From assembly GCF_000012805.1 (NCBI RefSeq), contig NC_007484.1, positions 2,820,001 to 2,852,000 on the forward strand: 32,000 nucleotides of DNA, in the 5' to 3' direction. A program made the position numbers and the translations under genes. The notes below the pieces were generated by a model. That model had not been told where the DNA came from, searched no databases, and worked only from the letters and a program-made list of their open reading frames with translations. Source of the DNA: Nitrosococcus oceani ATCC 19707. Lineage in GTDB: Bacteria; Pseudomonadota; Gammaproteobacteria; Nitrosococcales; Nitrosococcaceae. This document shows, piece after piece, positions 19,652-28,930 of this stretch (positions are counted from its first letter, which is position 1; each line of letters starts with the position of its first letter).

Positions 19652-19657
19652 GAGACT

Positions 19658-21136
19658 ATGGAAGCCCAACAATTCAAACAGCTTGCTGCTCAAGGTTATA
19701 ATCATATTCCCCTCATGCGGGAGGTTTTAGCTGACCTAGATACTCCACTTAGCACTTACCTCAAACTGGCTAATGGCCCTTACTCCTATTTATTAGAATC
19801 CGTCCATGGCGGCGAGAAATGGGGCCGATATTCATTTATCGGCTTACCTTGCCGCACGGTAGTTAAGGTGCAAAAATATGAAATAGTCGTTGAAACCGAT
19901 CACCGCATTGAGGAAACTCATCACAGCGATGATCCCCTGGCTTGGATAGAAACCTTTAAGCAACGCTTTAAAGTCCCGGCCATTGCCTCTTTGCCTCGCT
20001 TTACAGGCGGCCTCGTAGGATACTTTGGCTATGATACGATCCGCTATATCGAACCTAAGCTTGCCCATTGGAAGAAGCCCGATTCCTTGGAAACGCCGGA
20101 TATACTATTACTTGTTTCCAACGAAATTGTTGTTTTTGACAACCTGAGTGGCAAGCTCTACTTCATTATTCATTGCGGCCCCGAAGACTATACAGAGGGC
20201 CTGCAACGCTTGGATGCCCTAGAAGATCGCCTACGGGCAAGCGTCCCTGCCCACCATACCGTTACTCCCTCCCGCCTAGTCCTAGAAGATGATTTTATCT
20301 CTGGATTTACGGAGCAAGGCTTTAAGGGGGCGGTTGATAAAACGCGTCAATACATTACTGACGGTGATGTGATGCAAGTAGTGCTCTCACAACGACTCTC
20401 GGTGCCTTTTTCTGCCTCTCCCTTAAACCTATACCGGGCGCTACGTTGCCTCAACCCTTCTCCCTACATGTACTATTTGAATCTAGAGGATTTCCATGTG
20501 GTGGGCTCATCTCCCGAGATCCTAGTACGCTTAGAGGATGGTGCCGTTACCGTACGCCCCATCGCTGGCACCCGGCATCGTGGCAGAGGCGAAGAAGAAG
20601 ACCGAGCGCTAGAGCAAGAATTACTCGCTGACCCTAAGGAATTAGCGGAACACCGGATGCTTATCGATCTTGGCCGAAATGATGTTGGCCGGATAGCCAC
20701 CATTGGCAGTGTCAACGTAACCGAAAAAATGCTTATCGAACGCTATTCTCATGTCATGCATATCGTCTCTAATGTAACCGGTCAACTTAAACCGGAGTTC
20801 TCGGCCATGGACGTTTTACGTGCAACTTTTCCTGCAGGTACGGTTTCTGGCGCTCCCAAAATTCGAGCGATGGAAATCATTGATGAATTAGAACCTATTC
20901 AGCGGGGAGTCTATGCGGGTGCCGTGGGCTATCTTGCTTGGTCAGGCAATATGGATACAGCAATCGCTATTCGTACCGCAATCATTAAAGATCAGATTCT
21001 TCATATTCAAGCAGGTGCGGGAATCGTCTATGACTCGGTACCGCAGAGCGAGTGGGAAGAAACCCTGAATAAAGGGCGAGCTATCTTTCGAGCAGTGGCT
21101 TTGGCCGAAGCTGGCCTAGATGGTTCCTTCCGCTAG
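19658..21136 (+). CDS. trpE: Anthranilate synthase component I
   Basis: 492 aa. Chorismate-binding enzyme C-terminal region ([31 protein letters not shown]-like, [11 protein letters not shown]). Confidence 0.95.
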   Translation: MEAQQFKQLAAQGYNHIPLMREVLADLDTPLSTYLKLANGPYSYLLESVHGGEKWGRYSFIGLPCRTVVKVQKYEIVVETDHRIEETHHSDDPLAWIETFKQRFKVPAIASLPRFTGGLVGYFGYDTIRYIEPKLAHWKKPDSLETPDILLLVSNEIVVFDNLSGKLYFIIHCGPEDYTEGLQRLDALEDRLRASVPAHHTVTPSRLVLEDDFISGFTEQGFKGAVDKTRQYITDGDVMQVVLSQRLSVPFSASPLNLYRALRCLNPSPYMYYLNLEDFHVVGSSPEILVRLEDGAVTVRPIAGTRHRGRGEEEDRALEQELLADPKELAEHRMLIDLGRNDVGRIATIGSVNVTEKMLIERYSHVMHIVSNVTGQLKPEFSAMDVLRATFPAGTVSGAPKIRAMEIIDELEPIQRGVYAGAVGYLAWSGNMDTAIAIRTAIIKDQILHIQAGAGIVYDSVPQSEWEETLNKGRAIFRAVALAEAGLDGSFR

Positions 21137-21147
21137 GGGAGTTGAAT

Positions 21148-21729
21148 ATGCTGCTTATGCTCGACAATTATGATTCATTTACCTACAATCTGGTCCAGTA
21201 TTTAGGCGAATTGGGCGAAGAAGTTTGCGTCTTTCGCAATGATCAAGTCAGTACGGCAGAAATAGAGAGGCTGCGCCCAAAACGTTTAGTTATTTCTCCA
21301 GGCCCTTGCACGCCCAACGAAGCCGGTATTTCTCTTGAAATTATCCGTCATTTTGCCGGCAAGATCCCACTATTAGGAGTATGTCTTGGTCACCAGTGTA
21401 TCGGCCAGGCTTTTGGCGGCCGAATAGTGCATGCCAAGGCTATTATGCATGGTAAAACCTCAAAAGTGCATCACAATCATAAAGGCGTATTCCAAGGCCT
21501 TGATGATCCCTTCGAGGCAGCTCGTTACCATTCTTTAGTCATCGATCAGGCAAGTCTTCCGCCATGTTTAGAGGTCACCGCTTGGACTAAAACCGATACG
21601 GGAGAGCTAGACGAGATCATGGGTATCTACCACAAAGAGCTAGCAATCGAAGGCGTACAATTTCATCCTGAGTCGATTCTTACTCAGCAGGGGCACAATT
21701 TACTTCTCAATTTTCTTAAACGAACCTGA
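21148..21729 (+). CDS. trpG: Anthranilate synthase component II (class I glutamine amidotransferase)
   Basis: About 193 aa with a catalytic triad context (LGVCLGHQ; VQFHPES). The ATG at 21148 follows AGGGGA; the track start at 21142 is a TTG. Confidence 0.92.
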   Translation: MLLMLDNYDSFTYNLVQYLGELGEEVCVFRNDQVSTAEIERLRPKRLVISPGPCTPNEAGISLEIIRHFAGKIPLLGVCLGHQCIGQAFGGRIVHAKAIMHGKTSKVHHNHKGVFQGLDDPFEAARYHSLVIDQASLPPCLEVTAWTKTDTGELDEIMGIYHKELAIEGVQFHPESILTQQGHNLLLNFLKRT

Positions 21730-21759
21730 GCATCATTTCCAAAGGTTTTAATAAACGCA

Positions 21760-22776
21760 ATGGATATTCAAACCGCCCTTCGTACCGTTACCACGAGGCG
21801 TAACCTCACCAGTGAGGAAATGACATCGGTCATGAATCTCATCATGAGTGGCCAAGCAACCCCCGCGCAGATTGGCGGCTTGCTTATTGGGCTTCGGATG
21901 AAAGGAGAAACGGTGGAAGAAATTGCTGCTGCCGCCAGGGTGATGAGGGAATTGGCGACTAAAGTGACAGTAACAGGCCCCCACCTCGTTGATACCTGCG
22001 GTACTGGTGGGGATGGCGCCAATACTTTCAATATTTCGACAGCCAGCGCTTTTGTTGTTGCCGCGGCAGGAGGAAGAGTCGCCAAACATGGCAACCGTTC
22101 TGTCTCCAGCCAATGTGGCAGTGCTGATGTGCTTGAAGCAGCCGGTATTAAACTCGAACTTACCCCCGAACAGATTGCTCGCTGTATTGAAGAACTTGGC
22201 GTAGGATTTCTGTTCGCCCCTTGCCACCATAGCGCCATAAAATTCACTATAGCTCCACGGCGGGAAATGGGGATTCGCACTTTATTTAATCTCTTAGGGC
22301 CTCTAACTAACCCGGCCCATATTCCTAATCAAGTAGTAGGGGTCTTTAGTGACGAATGGCTGGAGCCACTTGCTTGGGTTCTGCACCGTTTAGGCTGCCA
22401 GCATGTACTTGTTGTCCATGCCAAAGATGGTCTGGATGAAATTAGTATTGGAGCTGAAACTCAGATCGCTGAATTAAGAGATGGGGCTGTTACAAGTTAT
22501 TTCATCACACCCGAGCAATTTGGCATCGAGCGGGTTTCCATCAGTTCTCTGGCCGTTAACAGTACGCAAGAAAGTCTCAATATTTTACGCTCCGTTCTAG
22601 CAAACCAGCCCAGCCCAGCCCGTGATATCGTCGCTTTGAACGCGGGGGCAGCTATCTATGCAGCCAATCTAACTCCTACGCTGGAAAGAGGGGTAAAGAG
22701 AGCATTAAAAGTTCTCTCCGAAGGCAGAGCCCAAGAGAAATTAGCCGCTTTAATTACATTTACCCAAGCCTGTTAG
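21760..22776 (+). CDS. trpD: Anthranilate phosphoribosyltransferase
   Basis: 338 aa with motifs [17 protein letters not shown] and KHGNRSVSS. Confidence 0.95.
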
Positions 22777-22805
22777 CCAATCAACAATAGTAAGATACCC
22801 GTGAT

Positions 22806-23621
22806 ATGAACGAGATACCCAATATCTTGAAAAAGATTCTCCAGCGGAAAGCCGAAGAGATCAGCGAACGTGCCCAAAAGCTTTCAATCCAAGAACTTAG
22901 CCAGAAAGTGGAAGAATCGCCCCCAGTGCGCGGTTTCTTTAAAGCCCTTGCTAAAAAGATAAGCGAGCATCAATCTGCTGTCATCGCTGAAATCAAAAAG
23001 GCCTCTCCTAGTAAGGGGCTTTTATGCGAATCTTTTCATCCGGAGGCGATTGCCCAAAGCTACGAAAAAGGAGGAGCAGCTTGCCTTTCCGTGCTCACAG
23101 ACCAGGATTTTTTTAGGGGTAGTGAGGCGGATCTACAGAAGGCCCGCAGCGCCTGTAATCTGCCTGTTTTGCGAAAAGACTTTATTATCGACCCCTATCA
23201 GGTCTATGAAGCACGGGTAATAGGCGCCGACTGCATTCTGCTAATTGTAGCAGCGTTGGGTGATGCCCTTATGTTAGAGCTAGCTCAACTCGCCGAACAC
23301 TTAAATATGGATGTACTCATAGAAGTCCATGATTCCGAAGAGCTAGAGCGAGCGCTGGTTCTCGATACACCACTTATCGGCATTAATAATCGCAATTTAA
23401 AAAGTTTCGAAACGAGATTAGAAACTACTTTTGAGTTACTCTCCCAGATACCTTCTGAGCGCTTAGTGGTCACCGAAAGCGGAATTCATAGTCCCGCAGA
23501 CGTAAGGAAAATGAAGAAAAATGGAGTTAACGCCTTTCTTATCGGTGAAGCCTTCATGAAAGCGGAAGACCCCGCAGCTAAACTTGCAGCATTATTCCAA
23601 AATACAAAGATAGCTTTCTAA
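22806..23621 (+). CDS. trpC: Indole-3-glycerol-phosphate synthase
   Basis: 271 aa with motifs [22 protein letters not shown] and IGINNRNL. Confidence 0.93.
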   Translation: MNEIPNILKKILQRKAEEISERAQKLSIQELSQKVEESPPVRGFFKALAKKISEHQSAVIAEIKKASPSKGLLCESFHPEAIAQSYEKGGAACLSVLTDQDFFRGSEADLQKARSACNLPVLRKDFIIDPYQVYEARVIGADCILLIVAALGDALMLELAQLAEHLNMDVLIEVHDSEELERALVLDTPLIGINNRNLKSFETRLETTFELLSQIPSERLVVTESGIHSPADVRKMKKNGVNAFLIGEAFMKAEDPAAKLAALFQNTKIAF

Positions 23622-23667
23622 GAGAAAGGAAACCATATAAAAAAGGATACCAAAAAACTCATCCCTT

Positions 23668-24105
23668 CTAATCCAGTATTCCGGCACGGTAAAGGCGCCA
23701 AGTATAGGCACAAGTACCAAGCAATATTACCAACACCAGGAGCAATCCTTCTCCACCTATTCCCGCTGAAAAAACCGCAGCCAAGGAACCCTTTTTAAAG
23801 GCTATTAATAAAAGCCTCCCGAGATCAGCTACTATAGCAGCAAGAAAGAAATAAAGGGCTAACCGACGATGCAAATAAAGAGCTAATGCTGCAATAAAAA
23901 TTGTGGCGTTAATTAATAAAGTTAATCCTACCTCTGGCCATGCTAAAGTATCAATCAGCAGTTGTTGTTCAAGAGAAAGCCTTTTAGCTCCTGTAATCGT
24001 GAAAAGATAGCCTATTAGGGCGATACCAGAGGCAATAGCAAGGAAAATAGACAGAAAAATCGTTATCGGGTGGCGCTGCTCTAGACGAGCTTGAGTTTCA
24101 TTCAT
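23668..24105 (-). CDS. Small integral membrane protein, unknown function (about 4 TM helices)
   Basis: ORF with four hydrophobic stretches and no recognisable motif. I prefer the ATG at 24105 (MNETQ..., with GAGG 9 nt upstream) to the TTG at 24126 used in the track. Confidence 0.5.
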   Translation of the reverse strand: MNETQARLEQRHPITIFLSIFLAIASGIALIGYLFTITGAKRLSLEQQLLIDTLAWPEVGLTLLINATIFIAALALYLHRRLALYFFLAAIVADLGRLLLIAFKKGSLAAVFSAGIGGEGLLLVLVILLGTCAYTWRLYRAGILD

Positions 24106-24192
24106 TAAAAAATACCTCGAAGCCAAAAATTAAATGTTTGGCTTAGGATAAGCATACCTGCCTACTAGACAGGTATGCCTCTCCCTAGAAAA

Positions 24193-24702
24193 TCATTTCT
24201 CTTTAGTATAGACGATCGTTTCAGGTACACCAATTACGTCATCGAAATCACCATCTAGATTATAATCTTCCATTAAAGTAAGTTTATCACCCTCAATGGA
24301 ATAGTAGATGGCATAGTCATTGGTTGCAGACTTCATATTAACCGGACTCCAAGCTTGGGTTCCTTTATTATATTCTGCTGTACCATAAGATTTAGCCGTC
24401 CACTCCATGTAGTCAGATGATACAGAAACGCTTCCAGTTTCTCTCGCAGTCTCCGACCAATTATGGATTATAGAGCCATCTTCAGCGATAAGTTTTTTAA
24501 ACCAAGAGTATTTATAAGTATTGCCAGAGAAGGTAACTTCTGCTTTGCTTTTCAAGGTTTCGCCATTTTCCTGCTTGGGTTCAAACTCCGTCACCCAGGT
24601 TCCCGTAAGTCCAAAATCTTCCACGCTTGGACCACCTGATTGGCAAGCTACCAACCCTAAAGCAAGGACAGCTGCACACAACATCAAGAGAAACTGTTTC
24701 AT
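24193..24702 (-). CDS. Lipoprotein, unknown function (lipocalin-like beta-rich domain suspected)
   Basis: 169 aa. Signal peptide with a lipobox (LALGLVA-C at Cys20). The mature part is hydrophilic and beta-rich, with an early L-x-GTW motif like bacterial lipocalin-like domains. Cys, His and Met are scarce (one His, three Met in the mature part), with no clustered metal-ligand motif. Confidence 0.6.
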   Translation of the reverse strand: MKQFLLMLCAAVLALGLVACQSGGPSVEDFGLTGTWVTEFEPKQENGETLKSKAEVTFSGNTYKYSWFKKLIAEDGSIIHNWSETARETGSVSVSSDYMEWTAKSYGTAEYNKGTQAWSPVNMKSATNDYAIYYSIEGDKLTLMEDYNLDGDFDDVIGVPETIVYTKEK

Positions 24703-24880
24703 CTAAGCTCCTTATTCTATTGATTAGTAATGAGATAGCCCATTAGAGCAAACAGGCTGCTAGCATGAATTTTTATTACCCAAAAATACGCGATTATATC
24801 AACATAATAAGCATTAGATTATCAACTTCTGTATAGATTATCCAATTTAGCATACCACCCAAGGTAGCAGGAAATTGGAA

Positions 24881-24922
24881 TTCCCCGGCATTCCATTATT
24901 TGGATAATGGAATGCCGGGGAA
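24881..24922 (-). terminator. Strong hairpin downstream of amoD (operon-distal terminator candidate)
   Basis: Perfect 19-bp inverted repeat TTCCCCGGCATTCCATTAT / ATAATGGAATGCCGGGGAA with loop TTGG. It can extend by GGAA/TTCC with one bulge. It lies 68 nt after the amoD stop, and T-rich sequence follows on both strands. Confidence 0.75.
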
Positions 24923-24989
24923 CTTCCTTCTATTATGTTCTAAACGCTGTGAATACTATTTAAAGTATCCAATTCCAATTGGATTGAAA

Positions 24990-25553
24990 CTAGGATGCCT
25001 TGGCCTCTTTTCCGCCACGGCGACTATACCAAAAAATAAGCCCCAGAATAAGAGCACCGCCAGCGATCGAGGCGATCCACTGAACGGTCTGCTCTCCCTG
25101 GAGACCCACTCGAAGAGGTGCTTTGAAGACCATCGGTTGATCACCACCAAGAATAACTACCGCAGTGTATTCTCCTGCTTTGGTAAAATCGGTATCAAGC
25201 TCAATAGTTCCCTTTGGATATTTTTGAACCGGACGCTCTACTATGGGATTATAATTTGACGGGCCAGCGGCCGTTTTCTGCTCTTCAACGATCCGAACCT
25301 CAACCGGCCGATCACGCAATATCCTATCCACTAAATCAAACACTAAAATGGTGCTTCCCGTCATCGGCAAGTCCCAGCACAGCTCTTCACCACCAGAAGT
25401 TTCCGGTTGGTAAGCAGAAAAATGCATTCGGTAATTACCGATATTGACAACGCACTGATCTGTTTCAATTCCTCCTCCCCCATGGGCCATGGCGGAAGTA
25501 TTTAGCAACAATAATCCAAACGATACAAGGCAGCTAAGTAGTACTTTTTTCAT
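24990..25553 (-). CDS. amoD: AmoD (orf5; PmoD/AmoD family periplasmic copper protein with C-terminal TM anchor)
   Basis: 187 aa, lying directly downstream of amoB as described for Nitrosococcus. Signal peptide ending SAMA, then HGGGG. Cys/Met-His cluster (DQCVVNIGNYRMHF). C-terminal TM helix (WIASIAGGALILGLIFWY). Confidence 0.8.
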   Translation of the reverse strand: MKKVLLSCLVSFGLLLLNTSAMAHGGGGIETDQCVVNIGNYRMHFSAYQPETSGGEELCWDLPMTGSTILVFDLVDRILRDRPVEVRIVEEQKTAAGPSNYNPIVERPVQKYPKGTIELDTDFTKAGEYTAVVILGGDQPMVFKAPLRVGLQGEQTVQWIASIAGGALILGLIFWYSRRGGKEAKAS

Positions 25554-25656
25554 AAGCTAATACCTTTTTGCTCTGAGGGATTAACTAAAACGCAGCTTCA
25601 GAGCCTGAAAAGACCGAGCCACAAGATAAAAAAAAGAATGGAAAGGACAGCAAACA

Positions 25657-25693
25657 ACCGGCCCTTCGTCCAGCCATGGGACGAAGGGCCGGT
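25657..25693 (-). terminator. Hairpin in the amoB-amoD spacer (partial terminator / mRNA 3' stabiliser candidate)
   Basis: Perfect 15-bp stem ACCGGCCCTTCGTCC / GGACGAAGGGCCGGT with a 7-nt loop, 83 nt after the amoB stop. On the mRNA strand it is followed by UGUUUGCUGUCCUUUCCAUUC and then a U8 run (25629-25636). Confidence 0.65.
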
Positions 25694-25775
25694 GTTTAAG
25701 TCAATGGGAACAGTTTAATCTACCATATTGCTGTCGTACACCACATGCAACATAGATAGTTAAAGATACTTCTTT

Positions 25776-27026
25776 CTAGACAAACGTGGGAACTAATGGA
25801 CCGCCGATAGGTATCGGAATCTCATTCCCCTCTGGATCAACGAAGAAGATCAAGCCCGCAAAGCGGCTGTCTGGATCATAAATGACGTCGGCCATACGCT
25901 GAACTTCCCAGGCGGCATCGGTGGCGGAGATGTCAACAACTACGGTTTCACCTGGAGCGATATCCTGTTGACTCACTTCCAACCCTTCCGGTGCCAACAA
26001 CTCCTCAGGATAATCCGTCTCATCAACCCGCACATTTGCATTCATGAATCGAATGCCCCCAGTATTGAACTCGCCAATAGAAATCACCTGGTCAGTATGG
26101 TTAGTGATTTCAACCGTCATGCTGATAGTCCGCCCCGGCACCCGATAGTTAGCCTTAAGCACGTTAGCGCTTACCATCGAATTATAATCCACCGGCAAGG
26201 AGTCAATAGTGCCCAGCAGCCCAGCCTGCAACGGAATGGTGACTGGGAATTTATCCTCAGCACTCTTGAAGCCGAACAAAATAATGAGCAGGACGCCCAC
26301 AAGAACGCCTATAGTCAATTTTTTGTCCTGGGCAGTTACTAGATCATTAGCCTCGCCCGCCTCTATTCTCATGTAGCGGGGCAAGAACATGGGACGGCGG
26401 GCCCACCACCAAATCCAGGCGATACCAAGAACGTACCAGAACAGATGCCAACCAATAACCGTGCCCGTGGCCATGGTTTCCAGGTTGACCGTATTACCGG
26501 TCAGATCCGTGATTTTGCTCTCAAAATCAGCCATATCTCCGGTAATGGTGATGTATTTACCTGGACCGATGAGCGGCCCCCCTCCTTGGACATTTAGCAA
26601 GGTATGAACATGCCACGTCCCAGGACGGCGCCCTTGCATCGTCATCTCAAACTCGTAATCGCCGCCCAATTCAAGACCTATCGAACGAGGGACGAACATA
26701 CCATTGACGTAGGAAGTAAGCCGAGCCGTGACTGGACCAGGTTGACCCGCATTTAAAAAGGATACATGGGGTTTTTCGACTGCTTCCGGCCAATCCTCAA
26801 AAACCCGGAACTTCCCGCTTATGGTATAGGTCTCATTAACCGCAATGGTATCCTTGGACCATACCATGTCATACCAATGGATTGTCCGCATGCGCAGGAA
26901 AGCTGCCTGCGCCTTCTCGCCATGGGCAGCTACTGTCGGAATATAGAAAACGCTTGAGGCTATCACCGCAGTAAACCCAATGGCTAGCCACTTTCTGGCT
27001 CGATTTGTTATATGGGTACCTTTCAT
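25776..27026 (-). CDS. amoB: Ammonia monooxygenase subunit B
   Basis: 416 aa. Signal peptide ending TVAA, then mature N-terminal HGEKAQAAFLRMRTIHWYD (the PmoB/AmoB N-terminal His site). Two cupredoxin-like halves are separated by two TM helices. The sequence is recognisable as gamma-AOB AmoB. Confidence 0.96.
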   Translation of the reverse strand: MKGTHITNRARKWLAIGFTAVIASSVFYIPTVAAHGEKAQAAFLRMRTIHWYDMVWSKDTIAVNETYTISGKFRVFEDWPEAVEKPHVSFLNAGQPGPVTARLTSYVNGMFVPRSIGLELGGDYEFEMTMQGRRPGTWHVHTLLNVQGGGPLIGPGKYITITGDMADFESKITDLTGNTVNLETMATGTVIGWHLFWYVLGIAWIWWWARRPMFLPRYMRIEAGEANDLVTAQDKKLTIGVLVGVLLIILFGFKSAEDKFPVTIPLQAGLLGTIDSLPVDYNSMVSANVLKANYRVPGRTISMTVEITNHTDQVISIGEFNTGGIRFMNANVRVDETDYPEELLAPEGLEVSQQDIAPGETVVVDISATDAAWEVQRMADVIYDPDSRFAGLIFFVDPEGNEIPIPIGGPLVPTFV

Positions 27027-27091
27027 GTTCTCCGTCTCTCTTTTTGTATTTTAGAATTTTAGAATTATTATCCTCATTATCACAAACGATT

Positions 27092-27835
27092 CTACACTTG
27101 GTCGATATGGTAGTCCTTGGAGAACCAGCGGCCAACAAAGTGCCACACAAAGTACATTACCATGGCAACAAAACCCGAGAAGAAAGCTGAAACCGGGACC
27201 ACGTCCTTACCAAACGTTCTCAAGGTACCTTTCTCAATCATCCGGATATACTCAGGAGTACCGGTCCGGACGTATTGGTAGCCCATAATATCGGCCAAAG
27301 ACATTACTACTCCATTGTACTCAGCAGGCACATGGAATGCCGAAAGCAGCGGCCAGTTAGCGGGATACATCAACAAACCGTACATTAATCCACCCACTAC
27401 CGCCGTCAAGCCGTAGCTCTTGGAAATCGCAAGCATGGCATCCAAGAACAGCGCCATGGGCAGCAGAATGGTCGGCCATACGAAATTAATCGGAAAATAG
27501 GTAAACCCTACGAAATTAAAGTAGCGGTTAGCCCACTCACCTGCTAACACCCCTAGCGTTACAAGGGTAGCACCAAAGGGAAGGCGGAACTTCTCCCAAA
27601 AAAACGCCTGTGCAGCAGCGGGGTAAGCAACCGATACAATGGGAACTACGGTGACCCAAAAACGCCGGTCTTTCCAGTCAACCCAGAAATCCCAGTCGCC
27701 CATTAAAAGCATGACGTGAACGTGGTGGGAAGCCAGCAAAATCATAAAAAAAGCCCCTAACGCTATAAAATCCAACGTTCTAGAGACTTTAGCAGCTTCC
27801 TCCGGTGTACGAACCGCAGACGTAAGTGCACTCAT
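27092..27835 (-). CDS. amoA: Ammonia monooxygenase subunit A
   Basis: 247 aa. The sequence (MSALTSAVRTPEEAAKVSRTLDF..., ...FVGRWFSKDYHIDQV) is recognisable as Nitrosococcus-type AmoA. AGGAGGG precedes the ATG. The spacer to amoB is 65 nt. Confidence 0.97.
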   Translation of the reverse strand: MSALTSAVRTPEEAAKVSRTLDFIALGAFFMILLASHHVHVMLLMGDWDFWVDWKDRRFWVTVVPIVSVAYPAAAQAFFWEKFRLPFGATLVTLGVLAGEWANRYFNFVGFTYFPINFVWPTILLPMALFLDAMLAISKSYGLTAVVGGLMYGLLMYPANWPLLSAFHVPAEYNGVVMSLADIMGYQYVRTGTPEYIRMIEKGTLRTFGKDVVPVSAFFSGFVAMVMYFVWHFVGRWFSKDYHIDQV

Positions 27836-28045
27836 TAAACCTGCCCTCCTAAAAATATTAAGGGTTCTATTTAAACTAATTTATGATTATTCATTCATCG
27901 GATCCAGAAATCCATGAATTCTAAAGGTATGCTTCCTGCCACCTATTTTAACAGCTACTTTCTCATTAGGTTGCTTACTTCCATTTCTTTCAACCCGATA
28001 TAGATAAGCGTATCCCTAATAAAATTTCTGTACAGCACTTTATAC

Positions 28046-28093
28046 AAAAAGGCGGCCACGATCTCATTAACTATTCCGGAGATTGCGACCGCC
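28046..28093 (-). terminator. Intrinsic-terminator-like hairpin between amoC and amoA
   Basis: On the mRNA strand: GGCGGUCGCAAUCUC, a 13-nt loop, then GAGAUCGUGGCCGCC. 14 of 15 positions pair, including 2 G-U pairs. UUUUUG follows immediately. It lies 52 nt after the amoC stop and about 210 nt before the amoA ATG. Confidence 0.55.
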
Positions 28094-28144
28094 CTTCTAT
28101 TCAACCCTTCGCTAACTGAAAATCAAATATGATAATCTTAAATA

Positions 28145-28930
28145 TCAGCTACGGGCATAGTCCTCGCTCTGCTGCAGCTCTCTGCCGATCAATTCCTTCA
28201 TACGGGGCTGAACCTGCAGAAACACCCCGAATACTGCAAGGATAAACCAAGCAAAGAATACAAAACCCCAGTGCAGAGGTGCCACAAACAGCTCCTCCAT
28301 AAACCAGAAGGTGTGACCCCATTCATTCAGACCCACATTCGGGAAGATCATAAAGGGTCCAAACACCAACATGAGGTAGGGTACAGACCAGCCCTTTGCA
28401 AAATAAGGAATACGGGTCTTAGCATACGTGAACGAACCTAAACCTACCATTACGTAGATCGGGTAGCTCATGTAGAACTCAATAATATGGCTTGGGGTGA
28501 AGTCTGTATCCCGAACTACGGTCTGATGCCAAGCACCATCCTGCTCGGTAAAGAAGCTCGCGCCCCAGAATAACCCAACGCCATAAACAACCCACCACAT
28601 ATAAAGGGTGCAGTAACGGCGCAGCTCCTCGCGGGGAGTCATGGCTTCCATATTGCGATCCCGGGTCTTAATTAGGTAAGAAACCAGGGCTGCTGTTGCC
28701 AGTGCCTCAACAACGAGCTCAATGTACAGCAGATTCATCCAGTATGTTTGGAATTCCGGCGAAAAGGCATCTAAACCATACTTCCATCCATAAACACCTT
28801 CATACCAACGCACACAGATGTAGAACGCGAAAAAGGCCGCGACCGCTAACCACATGCCACGCCAGGCAAAGAGATCAGCAGTTTCTTTCTCGGCTACTCC
28901 TTGCGCTACAGCTCTACTAGTTGCAGCCAT
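28145..28930 (-). CDS. amoC: Ammonia monooxygenase subunit C
   Basis: 261 aa polytopic membrane protein, AmoC/PmoC family sequence throughout (e.g. WGHTFWFMEELFVAPLHWGFVFF). AGGAGG precedes the ATG. Confidence 0.96.
   Translation of the reverse strand: MAATSRAVAQGVAEKETADLFAWRGMWLAVAAFFAFYICVRWYEGVYGWKYGLDAFSPEFQTYWMNLLYIELVVEALATAALVSYLIKTRDRNMEAMTPREELRRYCTLYMWWVVYGVGLFWGASFFTEQDGAWHQTVVRDTDFTPSHIIEFYMSYPIYVMVGLGSFTYAKTRIPYFAKGWSVPYLMLVFGPFMIFPNVGLNEWGHTFWFMEELFVAPLHWGFVFFAWFILAVFGVFLQVQPRMKELIGRELQQSEDYARS

Noticed and set aside
21748-22280. Two long antisense ORFs (160 and 170 aa) inside trpD, plus a 71-aa plus-strand alternate-frame ORF
   Set aside because: They fully overlap a confidently identified trpD. 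Their translations are low-complexity (Ala/Ser/Pro/Gly-rich), typical of the shadow frames of a GC-rich gene, and they have no motifs or ribosome-binding sites.
24900-25259. ORFs 24900..25259 (+) and 24956..25150 (-) around the amoD 3' end
   Set aside because: They overlap amoD and the terminator hairpin. The plus-strand ORF starts inside the hairpin loop and has an implausible composition. amoD explains the region.
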